Under the pieces are notes generated by a model that did not search any database, was not told the origin of the DNA, and saw only the letters and a list, made by a program, of their open reading frames with translations. This document shows, in pieces, positions 1-9,194 of a stretch of 64,000 bases of DNA; positions within the stretch are counted from its first letter, which is position 1, and each line of letters starts with the position of its first letter. This DNA comes from Andalucia godoyi And28 (Eukaryota > Protista > Jakobida), in the NCBI GenBank assembly GCA_009859145.1, contig VRVR01000016.1:112594-176593 (forward strand), in the 5' to 3' direction. A program made the translations under genes and the position numbers.

Positions 1-706
1 GCGACCGCTGTTGGCTTCTGTGTGAATCCGGAGCTGGATAATCATACTCCTTCATCAACCTTTCCACAGCATACTTTTTCATATGCTCAGCAGTGTCGGA
101 AATCGCCTGGGAAGCCATGTCCTCCACATGCGCAAAAGTGTCGCGATGCGGTCCCGTGTTCGTTTCGGACCCATAGAGCAGATTTCGGCTTTCTTGTGAT
201 TTGACATAGCACAACTTTCCAGTTAATGAATCTGGAAGCATCGAATGCAGTTCCAAATCCAGATCAAACTGCACGAAATCGTCAGGCTCCACAGTCACTG
301 GTTTCAAGAATTGCAGAATCTCTTGTTGCGAGCGATGCGAAACAGAAGATCGAGCTGTCGAACATCGTGCAGAATTCGCATTAGATCTTGCAGACAGTGG
401 CGGCCTCGGAGAAACCATTCGTGTAGCTTCTTTTTTTTTTCCTCCCCCCTTTCTCGCCCTCCTTCCCTCTTTTTTCCAGCGAGTCAAAGAGAAGACAGAA
501 GACGCTGCTTCATCGTTGTTCTCGGATTCTGTCGCCGATCGAACGGTTTTCGTTGCGGGGAATTTCGAGGATTCTGCCCGACGGATTGCAGAAGGGCCGA
601 TTGATGCTTGAGCCTTCGGAGCCTTCTGCACCGGTGTGAACTGTAGTCTCAGCACGGGATTCTTTTTGCGTTCGGACGAGTTCGGACTTCGGAGACCTCC
701 GTTCAT
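1..706 (-). CDS. Hypothetical protein, 3'-truncated by the window edge
   Basis: Manual translation: ATG at 706 opens a stop-free frame (MNGGLRSPNSSERKK...EILQFLKPVTVEPDDFVQFDLDLELHS...) that runs off position 1. Not in the ORF track because it lacks a stop. It is divergent from the gene at 846. Confidence 0.65.
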   Translation of the reverse strand, partial: MNGGLRSPNSSERKKNPVLRLQFTPVQKAPKAQASIGPSAIRRAESSKFPATKTVRSATESENNDEAASSVFSLTRWKKEGRRARKGGGKKKEATRMVSPRPPLSARSNANSARCSTARSSVSHRSQQEILQFLKPVTVEPDDFVQFDLDLELHSMLPDSLTGKLCYVKSQESRNLLYGSETNTGPHRDTFAHVEDMASQAISDTAEHMKKYAVERLMKEYDYPAPDSHRSQQRS

Positions 707-771
707 AGAAGAGAGGTGGAGAAGGGAGACAAGGTGAAGGCCAGTAGAGTAGAGGAAACGCCTGGCGCGCA

Positions 772-815
<44 letters not shown>
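772..815. repeat. (AAAG)n/(AG)n microsatellite in a ~140-bp divergent intergenic gap
   Basis: Read directly from the sequence. Confidence 0.9.
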
Positions 816-845
816 TACGGGTTTCCACAGTTGGAACAGACATAA

Positions 846-3305
846 ATGATTCGCGTATTCCGGCGATGGTTCACTTCGTATGAGCACGGGCAAATTATAG
901 AGTTTATGCAGAATCATGGGCCTCGATTGGGTGTGCTGGATGGTGCGATGTGTGCTTCGGACACTCGTATGAAGGTGTATTCGAGAGATGGAGTGCTGCA
1001 TCGAATAGATAGGGGCATGGTGATCCACGTCTGGTCGTCTTCTCACGGGCTCTATACTCCGGATTCTCTGAAAGATCTTCACCAATCCGCCTCTGGATTC
1101 TTGTTCTACGACTTTGCAGATCGAATTTCAAAGGTATCAAGCGTGTTTGTCAGAGAAGAAGTTTCGCAAATGATGGAGTCTTTTCACAAGGCGTGTACAT
1201 TGCAATCCAGGCAATACAGAGCAAACTCAGAGTCCTGCGCGAAGTTCTTGTTTGGCGAAGCAGGGACTCCGGTGCACACGTATCTCGCTGCAAAGCTACT
1301 GGGCTCCGATTTTCGATTCTCACGAGCGGAGCCGGAGAGAGGGTACAAAGCGCTGGTGCAGAACGCGGTGTTTGAAAAGATAAAGAAGCGGTTTGCGGAG
1401 CGAATGTCCAGCTGGAAGAACGGCGGTCGGGCAGAGCCATTCTTGATCGAGGCTCGCGATGTGCCGTTTCTAGCGGCCGTGGATCGGCTGATCCAGTTTC
1501 ACCGCCACCCAAGATCTGTCGACGTCAGGGGATTAACGGTCCACGAGGATTCTCACTCAAATTACACGCAGTCCGCCGAAATGAGGAACGCAAGGGAGCT
1601 TCTTGCTGCATTAGACATTGACGCCACCGATCCGTCTGCATTGCAGCAATTTTTAGAGTTGATCGATTGGTATTTGCATCCTTTGCGACCTTTGGACCAC
1701 CGAACATTCTATTCATCGACAGGCGATAGAGGTCCTTCGCCTGGTATCGGATCACAAGGAACAAAAGGTACGGATGCTGCAGTTGGTGCGAAAGACGTGG
1801 GCGGCCCTACTTCTCGTTCCGTGTCCGGGCTGGATGACGTGGAGAGTGCTGTTGCGGACGAATCCTCCTGTTTGGAAGAGGCGGTCACACCCATGGATCA
1901 CGAGTTGATTGATCAGCACGCAGAAGCTGTGCAATCGGTGTCGAAATCCTGCCAGCCATTTTCGTATGCATTCCGTGTGCCCGCTGCTGATATCAAGCCC
2001 TCCGTTCCATTCACGGACTCGGTGCAGCGAGTGACGGTCGGGGGTCCGGTGTACTGCATCGATCGCCGGGCGCTAGGATCCCTCGCAGACGACGCCTTTT
2101 CTGTAGAGTTGCCGCACATTTTGTACAAAGAAAAGGAGATGGCTGACCCGGATTCTCGATGGATATGGAGCCATGTGGCAGATGTAACCAGAATTGTACG
2201 GCCCGAATCGCTGCTTGCCAAGTATTCTCTTTCTCGTCTGCGAACAATCTATCCAATGCATGGCACCCCGTCGTTTATGCTTCCTGCCCAACACGCTGCT
2301 CAATTAGCACTGAGTACGACTTCCAGAAACCACGTCTTGTCGTTTGGAGCCCGAATCAGCTCCCGGGGCGAACTCCTCAATTACAAAGTTCAATGTTCTG
2401 ACGTTGGCCCCATTCAGCGGTACTCGTTTCAGGAGGTCATGCACCCGTCTCTGTGCAATCCTCAAGCTCTGGAGCCACAATTTCGAAATGCGGTATTGGA
2501 AGGGTTCGAGCTACTGAACAGTTGGGTGCTGCGAGATCCAGTGTTGCGAGAACTTTCCAGAATGCCCTCGTTGTCAGAGAAAAACGCATTTGTCAATGAC
2601 TCCCCAGCAGCACGTGTGCGTTCTGATTATTACAACCCGCAACTGTTTGTTCGGTTGCTTGGCACCATGGCTGCCTATGTTGCAGATCTGTTCGCTTCGG
2701 ATCGTCACGTTGTGCTTCCGCGAGTGCCTGCGATCACTGTTACAGCGCCTCTTCGACGATTCCAAGATTTGTGTGCGCACATGCAAGTGCGGTCTGTTCT
2801 GGAGGGTGCAAAACGCCCTCCTTTCTCTCTCGAAGAAATCCGCAACGTGGAGCGCTCTGTCATGGAGCAGTCGCGCCGTATCCGCGATGCATCATTCATG
2901 CACAAACGAGCACTGGCCGTGGATGGATTTCGACAGCTGTGTTCTCTCTTTCGCTTGGTTTCAGAATCCGATGAAGTGTATCTGCCGGCTGTTGTGCTAC
3001 GTACAGAAGCCCCCCGTTTGGGCTACCCCATTTTTAGACAACGAGTCCTCAAAAGACCGGCGCCAATGTCCAACATGCCGGCCTCTGCGACCTCAATCAA
3101 TACTCCGTCCTCGTCTGCTTCATCACCACGATCTTCTGCAGATGAACCATATTTGATTATCACTGCTGGAGGATGTTTTGCAACCATTTGGGTTGACAGG
3201 AACCGCGTTGCTCTTGAGCCTAACCAGAAGATTATCATTCGCGTCAAGGCACTGTCTGTGCGAGAAGGCGAGGTGGAATGCGAGTATGTCTCCGACATGT
3301 ACTGA
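846..3305 (+). CDS. RNase II/RNB-family 3'-5' exoribonuclease-like protein, Dss1-like, probably mitochondrial
   Basis: 819-aa ORF. RNB motifs VYCID...ADDAFSV, SHVADV and TAPLRRFQDL. The N-terminus MIRVFRRWFTSY resembles a mitochondrial presequence. Confidence 0.75.
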   Translation: MIRVFRRWFTSYEHGQIIEFMQNHGPRLGVLDGAMCASDTRMKVYSRDGVLHRIDRGMVIHVWSSSHGLYTPDSLKDLHQSASGFLFYDFADRISKVSSVFVREEVSQMMESFHKACTLQSRQYRANSESCAKFLFGEAGTPVHTYLAAKLLGSDFRFSRAEPERGYKALVQNAVFEKIKKRFAERMSSWKNGGRAEPFLIEARDVPFLAAVDRLIQFHRHPRSVDVRGLTVHEDSHSNYTQSAEMRNARELLAALDIDATDPSALQQFLELIDWYLHPLRPLDHRTFYSSTGDRGPSPGIGSQGTKGTDAAVGAKDVGGPTSRSVSGLDDVESAVADESSCLEEAVTPMDHELIDQHAEAVQSVSKSCQPFSYAFRVPAADIKPSVPFTDSVQRVTVGGPVYCIDRRALGSLADDAFSVELPHILYKEKEMADPDSRWIWSHVADVTRIVRPESLLAKYSLSRLRTIYPMHGTPSFMLPAQHAAQLALSTTSRNHVLSFGARISSRGELLNYKVQCSDVGPIQRYSFQEVMHPSLCNPQALEPQFRNAVLEGFELLNSWVLRDPVLRELSRMPSLSEKNAFVNDSPAARVRSDYYNPQLFVRLLGTMAAYVADLFASDRHVVLPRVPAITVTAPLRRFQDLCAHMQVRSVLEGAKRPPFSLEEIRNVERSVMEQSRRIRDASFMHKRALAVDGFRQLCSLFRLVSESDEVYLPAVVLRTEAPRLGYPIFRQRVLKRPAPMSNMPASATSINTPSSSASSPRSSADEPYLIITAGGCFATIWVDRNRVALEPNQKIIIRVKALSVREGEVECEYVSDMY

Positions 3306-3707
3306 GGTTTCCGCCTTTCTCCGATTTGCTTGAGCGCAAGTCCTTGGAGCACACAGAGAGTTTCATAATATCCGCACGCACGTGCAAAGCCAATTCAATA
3401 AACAGAACACAATGGATTGCGGCGGCGGCGGCGGCGGCGGGGGGGAATGTTTTGTTTTTTATTCTTTTTAAATAAAAAAAATTCTCTAAACCAAGCGTTT
3501 CTAATAGACGTTTCTGAAGAACTGGGAATGTCTGAGAGAAATTACAAGAAAGACAGTTGGGGATACATGCACAGATGCAGACACAGGTGCAGACACAGAT
3601 GCAGGCGCTCGGTCCATCACCCACACTCCGCTACGCTCTCCTTACGCATGCAGACCGACACTCGGAAACGCCTTGAGCACGATTCACGAACGCCAGAGCG
3701 ACTGGGC

Positions 3708-4403
3708 TTACCAGCGGAAAGCCGGGATGACAACCGTGTCTTCGCGGCACGTGTTGTCCGACATGGTTGACGGGTAAGAGCAGAACGGAAGATCTGCTGA
3801 CTTTCCAATGCACAGACGGACCTCGGAAAGGTACTGCGTAGACGTTTCCTTATCCCAGAAACATTCAAGCATGACGGCATTGTCCGGCAGTAACAATGAT
3901 TTTTCAAGAGCGGCAATGATATCAGTACGCTTAACCTGCGAGTGGTCGTCTGGCACAATTCCTGCAATGGAAAGGGACGCCAAAACATCCACGCGCTTTC
4001 GCAAGTTGAGCGTGTTTGTGAAAAAGGACAATTCGTCCGGGAACAAATCTTCTGCGCAAGTACCGTGTTTCTCCCATTCGTGTTCCCACAGGAAAAGCGG
4101 GCCATCAAACAAAGAAGGCCAGTACTCCTGCAACTCGCTCTTGAGAGACTGAACCTTGCTCATGTCGAAAGGCTGGTTGGGGTTGCAGTTCGACGGGTAA
4201 CTGCCGTCGTTGTTGTTCGGCCACAAGCCATGGATCAGAAAGCCATTTGCGGGCTCCACAGTCGCATTACACGGATGGTGCTGGATGTCTGCAATGATGC
4301 AAGTCGAGCCCGGCCAGCCTTGTGCCCACACAAAGAAATCCCAAGCGAGAGCTGCCGAGCACGAAACCGACAGGATCGCAAGCGCAAAAAGAATGCGGGT
4401 CAT
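3708..4403 (-). CDS. RNASET2: Secreted ribonuclease T2
   Basis: CAS I FLIHGLWP and CAS II WEHEWEKHGTC. Signal peptide MTRILFALAILSVSCSAALA from the ATG at 4403. Confidence 0.93.
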   Translation of the reverse strand: MTRILFALAILSVSCSAALAWDFFVWAQGWPGSTCIIADIQHHPCNATVEPANGFLIHGLWPNNNDGSYPSNCNPNQPFDMSKVQSLKSELQEYWPSLFDGPLFLWEHEWEKHGTCAEDLFPDELSFFTNTLNLRKRVDVLASLSIAGIVPDDHSQVKRTDIIAALEKSLLLPDNAVMLECFWDKETSTQYLSEVRLCIGKSADLPFCSYPSTMSDNTCREDTVVIPAFRW

Positions 4404-4842
4404 TTTCCTTTCTTTTCTCTTCCCCTTTCCTCTTTCCACAGTGAACACCAAAATGATAATTACTTGTTTGTTTGTGTTTGTTTTTTGTTTTTGACCTTCT
4501 TTGAAAATCAGAAAAGATGAACGAAACGAACGAAAACAAAAGCAAAAACAAAAATACGAAAATGCTCAGAAATAAACCGAAAATCGAAAGCGAGAATAGT
4601 CGGGAAAGTCCGCCAGAATTGATTTGGGAATTCCCCCGATTGCGCGCAACAGCCGCACCCTTCCAGCATGGTTATCGAATAAGAAGAAAGGGGGCTTTTA
4701 ATTTTTTTTTTTAATTTTTGGGCGAGGCTTTTTTGAGAATATATATTTTTTTTACAGTGGGTTCCACTCGTACGTGCGTTTTTTTTTTGTTTATTTGATT
4801 TTGGTGTTTTATCGTGATTGAAGTAAAATATTTAGCGGTGCG

Positions 4843-6594
4843 TCATTTCTGTGTCAGATTTTTCAAGTGCTGTGTTGCGGACGGTGATCGAGTGCTGAGT
4901 GGAATGTTAGGCGTAAACAGTCCAATGATTGCCGATACAACGCAGCACGCAAAGTTCAGCCAGAATCCTTGTGGGAGCCGAGAGTACTCTCCTCCGTTTG
5001 TGATGGAGTGGAACAAGGACAGCCCAAGAACACCGGCAACAGATCGGATAATCACAATGGCGGAGGATGCCGGTGACACATCAGTGGCACACACTGCATT
5101 CTGGACAACGGGTAGCACAACCTGCAGCACAATGCCTGTTCCAAAGCCCGACGGAATCGAGTAGATAATCACCATCCAGAGACGAGTGGATGCACTCATG
5201 GTGGTCAAGGAGGCATTGGAAACTGCAATAAGAAACAACCCAAACGAACAGAGGAAGCGGTACTTTCCCGTCTTGGACATGAATACGCCACTCAGAAGCG
5301 ATGCAGCCACAAAGGATACCATCATCGGAATCATTGCGGCTCCTGCGGTAGTTGCAGAATAGTCTAGTACGCTGTGCAAATAAACGGGCAGATACGTTAG
5401 GGAAGTGAACAGATTTAGGCCGACTCCAAACGCACAAGCCGAGCCAATGCTTACCATTCTGTTCAAAAACAACTTTGGCGGAAGAATGGGGCTCTGCACT
5501 CGGAACTCGACAATGAAGAACGCTGCAAACAGTGCAAGAGACGCAATTAGCAGAGCGACAATCGTGGTCGAAGACCATGCATAGTCGATTCCCGCCCAGG
5601 TGAACAGCAGCATGACAGAGATAATACCAGAAAGCAGCAAAACGCACCCGAGGAGGTCCATCGACCTGAGAAATCCCAGCAGCTGATTTGGACATCGGCA
5701 TCGAGTGTCGTGGTCTTGCCGTGAGGTATGCTCTGGTGCTGCGTGTGCAGGAGAACCTTCCTTGTAGTACAGAATGAGACAACACGTGAGCAAGCAAAAT
5801 GGGACATTGATCCAAAACACAAGCCTCCAGGAAACCACATCCGAGAAGAAGCCGCCAATCACCGGCCCCGAGACTGCAGCAACAGCATACACCATCCCAA
5901 AGAGCCCTGCATACTTGCCGCGTTCTCGTGGAGCAAGCAAGTCGTGCAGCACGAGATTCACACACGCGTTCGCACATCCGCCCCCGACTCCTTGAAATCC
6001 TCGCAAAACAATCAGCATGGTCATGGAATTCGACAGTGCACACAGGACGGAGGAAACCAGAAAGATGATCTGCGACGACAGAAACACTATTCGGCGGCCA
6101 AAATAATCCGCGAGTTTGCTGCATAAAGGAACAATCGCAGTGGAGGCCATGAGATACGTTGACACTATCCAGCCTGTATAATCCGCGCCTCCCAAGTCTT
6201 CGACAATCGCAGGAATCGCCGTCGTGGTGCACATCGATTCCATGGAGGAAAGAAACAGTGATATTGCCAGAGCCGCCATTGCCAGACGGAAATTCAGGCC
6301 TTTTTTTCCATGCCTGCGGTCTGCGATGTTAGTTGTCGATGCCACCGCCGTATCAAAGCTGTCCTCAGTGCACTGATCCGCGGATGCCAAGCGCGAGGAC
6401 TCGTGAATCTCCTGCGCACCGACATACTCGCTAATCAGCAGGTCCGACATCTCCTGTTCTTCTTCTTGTTCATTCTGCACCGCACCATGTGCCCCTCCAG
6501 AACGAGAATCCACATCGGTATGACCGGGATCGCTATACTCAACCGCACTTTCATGTCGGAAATCATCATTTCCTCCCACTTTGGCTCCGCCCAT
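4843..6594 (-). CDS. MFS drug:H+ antiporter, DHA2 (EmrB/QacA-like, 14 TM)
   Basis: Motifs TTAIPAIVEDLG, W-VSTYL, KLADYFGRR, RGFQGVGGG and GPVIGG, plus many TM helices. First ATG in the ORF is at 6594. Confidence 0.9.
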   Translation of the reverse strand: MGGAKVGGNDDFRHESAVEYSDPGHTDVDSRSGGAHGAVQNEQEEEQEMSDLLISEYVGAQEIHESSRLASADQCTEDSFDTAVASTTNIADRRHGKKGLNFRLAMAALAISLFLSSMESMCTTTAIPAIVEDLGGADYTGWIVSTYLMASTAIVPLCSKLADYFGRRIVFLSSQIIFLVSSVLCALSNSMTMLIVLRGFQGVGGGCANACVNLVLHDLLAPRERGKYAGLFGMVYAVAAVSGPVIGGFFSDVVSWRLVFWINVPFCLLTCCLILYYKEGSPAHAAPEHTSRQDHDTRCRCPNQLLGFLRSMDLLGCVLLLSGIISVMLLFTWAGIDYAWSSTTIVALLIASLALFAAFFIVEFRVQSPILPPKLFLNRMVSIGSACAFGVGLNLFTSLTYLPVYLHSVLDYSATTAGAAMIPMMVSFVAASLLSGVFMSKTGKYRFLCSFGLFLIAVSNASLTTMSASTRLWMVIIYSIPSGFGTGIVLQVVLPVVQNAVCATDVSPASSAIVIIRSVAGVLGLSLFHSITNGGEYSRLPQGFWLNFACCVVSAIIGLFTPNIPLSTRSPSATQHLKNLTQK

Positions 6595-6963
6595 CCATTC
6601 AACGGGATGCTGACGACCGCTGAAGCCGTCCTCTAACCCACCCACCTCTCGTTCGTTCCCATTTCCTTACCCGAGGCCATTCCAAAAAGGAGTGAAAACA
6701 AAACCCAAACGAATCGGATGTTTGGGAGCGGGCCTCAAGGCTCAACTCTCAGGTCCAACGCAGCGTGACACAAACGTCGCCAAAAAAAGATCTTCCGCAG
6801 CTGTAACCGCAATGGTTTTTTCTGTTCCCGATCCCCTCCGCAAACTCTATCTTGTGGCTGCGCTCCTCCTTGTCCAGCTTGTGGTTTTGTCTATTTTCGC
6901 ATCTTTATTTTATTTTTTATTTTGGTAATTTGAATTGCGAGTTTGGATGGCACTTGAAGAGCA

Positions 6964-8343
6964 ATGGTGGAAGGAAGCGGTGTAGAGTCTGTAACAATTG
7001 ACGGCACAGAGTATGTACTGTCGACACTGATCGTGCAATGTGTCCCGGTTTTCATCGTGTCGCTTGTTCTCGAGATCGCATATGATCTCTTTACCAGACA
7101 GCGGCGCAAGTTGTATCGCATTCCGGATACGATATCCTCGCTTTCAGCTGGCATTTTCCAGCAGGTTGTTGAAAAGGCCGTGGTTGGTTCGCTGACGATC
7201 GTTCCGTACTGCTACATTTTCCATTACTACCATTTCTCGTTGTCGACGCTGAACTCGACGTCTCCTGTTGCATATGCCTTGTGTTTTCTCTCGGTTGACT
7301 TGTTCTACATGCTGTTTCATTGGGCAGCACATGTCACAAACCTTGGTTGGGCGCTACACCACGCACACCACTCTTCGGAATCGTACAACTTGTCGACTGC
7401 GCTTCGGCAGTCGTCGTTCCAAGCGTTTTTCTCATTTGTGTTTTACTTGCCAGCAGCATTCTTCTTCCATCCTTCGGTGTTCTCGTCGTGTGTCCAGCTC
7501 AACACAGTGTTCCAGTTCTTTGTGCATGTCAAATGGATCGGGCATATGGGCTGGCTGGAATACGTTCTCAACACGCCTTCGGCCCACCGAGTCCACCATG
7601 CCCGAAACACCGAGTATCTCGACGCAAACTTTGCTGGAACATTGATTGTGTGGGATAGGCTCTTTGGAACATACATTCCAGAAAGACACGAGCCGCTGTA
7701 TGGCGTAACCACTCCGTTGGACACATGGAATGTGTTTGTCGTGCAGTATGGCCATCTCTGGGACGGTGTTCTCATGCCCATGGTGAAGGCAAAGTCTCTG
7801 CGCGATGCGTTTGGATTCGTCTTTGGACCTCCAGGCTGGAGTCCTGTGGCTGCCGAAGCCTCGACCACCAAGCACATGCAGAACATGCTGAAGAGCTCCC
7901 AGGACACCACACAGGCTACCAAGCCCGCAACCAAGATCACCGAGCCGCTGGACAAGAGGGTCAACGGCGCTTGGGATCTCTATGTGTGTGTTCAGTTTGG
8001 ATTGTCGCTGTTCTTGTCGATTGCGTTTGTGGAGAATCTCCAGGTGGGGGCGTTTCGCGGAGCTGGCCAGGCTGCGGTCGTCATTCTCAGTCTTTTCTCG
8101 TTTGCCAACTTGTTTGAACGCGGACGATGGGCCGTCCAGATCGAGGCGTTCCGTGTGTGCCTATTGACACTGACGACTCGTCAATTGTTTGGGTTTGCTA
8201 ACGTGTGCCTCGGACCACTGTGTGTCGCGGGTGCCTGTTACATCCTCGGTGGACTGTCTCTTGCTTTCCTTGCCCTCAAGCATTCGGACATAACGCGCGT
8301 TCCAAAGACCTCCTTCCCTGCTTCATTCAAGAAACAGCAGTAG
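6964..8343 (+). CDS. AGMO: Alkylglycerol monooxygenase (fatty acid hydroxylase superfamily)
   Basis: His boxes HWAAH, HHAHHSSESYNLSTALRQS and HRVHHARN...NFAGTLIVWDRLFGT closely match AGMO/TMEM195. C-terminal TM extension present. Confidence 0.88.
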   Translation: MVEGSGVESVTIDGTEYVLSTLIVQCVPVFIVSLVLEIAYDLFTRQRRKLYRIPDTISSLSAGIFQQVVEKAVVGSLTIVPYCYIFHYYHFSLSTLNSTSPVAYALCFLSVDLFYMLFHWAAHVTNLGWALHHAHHSSESYNLSTALRQSSFQAFFSFVFYLPAAFFFHPSVFSSCVQLNTVFQFFVHVKWIGHMGWLEYVLNTPSAHRVHHARNTEYLDANFAGTLIVWDRLFGTYIPERHEPLYGVTTPLDTWNVFVVQYGHLWDGVLMPMVKAKSLRDAFGFVFGPPGWSPVAAEASTTKHMQNMLKSSQDTTQATKPATKITEPLDKRVNGAWDLYVCVQFGLSLFLSIAFVENLQVGAFRGAGQAAVVILSLFSFANLFERGRWAVQIEAFRVCLLTLTTRQLFGFANVCLGPLCVAGACYILGGLSLAFLALKHSDITRVPKTSFPASFKKQQ

Positions 8344-8600
8344 CCCCGTAGTCCTCCCGGCTCTCCAGATCGCTTTCATTCCGGCTTACTGTAATTAATA
8401 ATTAAAAAACAAAATTAACTCGACTTGTCACACACGTTCTATGGCGGAGTTGGGACTTCCGAGCTGGCTGCAGACATGCCCGTTGGCGTTTCTTGCCTTT
8501 TCTTGCCTTTTCTTGCCTTTTCTTTTTCTTTTTTTTTAACTTTTTGTTTGATTTTTTTAATTAAAATTTTTCTACTGTGCTTGTTAGAGTTTTTGGTAGA

Positions 8601-9065
8601 ATGAGCCGCCTTGTTGTGTGTGTTCTTCTTGTTGCAACGGCGTTTGCAGCGACGTGCCGCGCAAGTGCTGCGGATACTGCGATTGCCTGGGAAGCAGAGC
8701 AGTTCCGTGAGCATTCTGCACCGTATGCAGGGCTTTGCCTTGGCTTTGTAAAAGATGCGTATGCTGCAGCTGGCATTTCTGGAAAGGCATATATGGATGC
8801 AGGCAGTGCAAAAGATGGTGCTGGGATTGCAAAGGGACTCGGAGGCTGGCATGGATTCTCGTCTGCCGGCGCTGTTCCGCGCGGTGCGCTTGTCTTCTGG
8901 CCTGGATGCTCCTCCAATGGACATGTTGCATTGGCAACCGGTGGCGGAGGAGCTTCAAGCTCGGGTGATGGATCGAAGTGGAATGGTTCTCCAAACACGA
9001 CCATCGATTGGCTCTCCGAACACTGGTGTGGTGGAAATCCCGCCGGATGGATTGTTCCTTCGTAA
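8601..9065 (+). CDS. Secreted CHAP/NlpC-P60-like cysteine hydrolase (putative peptidoglycan amidase/endopeptidase)
   Basis: 154 aa from the ATG at 8601. Signal peptide, then AIAW...YAGLCLGFV..AY (Cys) and PRGALVFW...GHVAL (His). Intronless. Confidence 0.7.
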   Translation: MSRLVVCVLLVATAFAATCRASAADTAIAWEAEQFREHSAPYAGLCLGFVKDAYAAAGISGKAYMDAGSAKDGAGIAKGLGGWHGFSSAGAVPRGALVFWPGCSSNGHVALATGGGGASSSGDGSKWNGSPNTTIDWLSEHWCGGNPAGWIVPS

Positions 9066-9194
9066 GCATCGACATCTGCGTTATTCTTCTTTATCATTGA
9101 GAAAATGAAGTTTGTGTTCGGATTTTTAATGCAGTAATAAAAAAATTCATTTAATAAACATATAATAAACGAGGCAGCAGTCACGCAGCACTGT

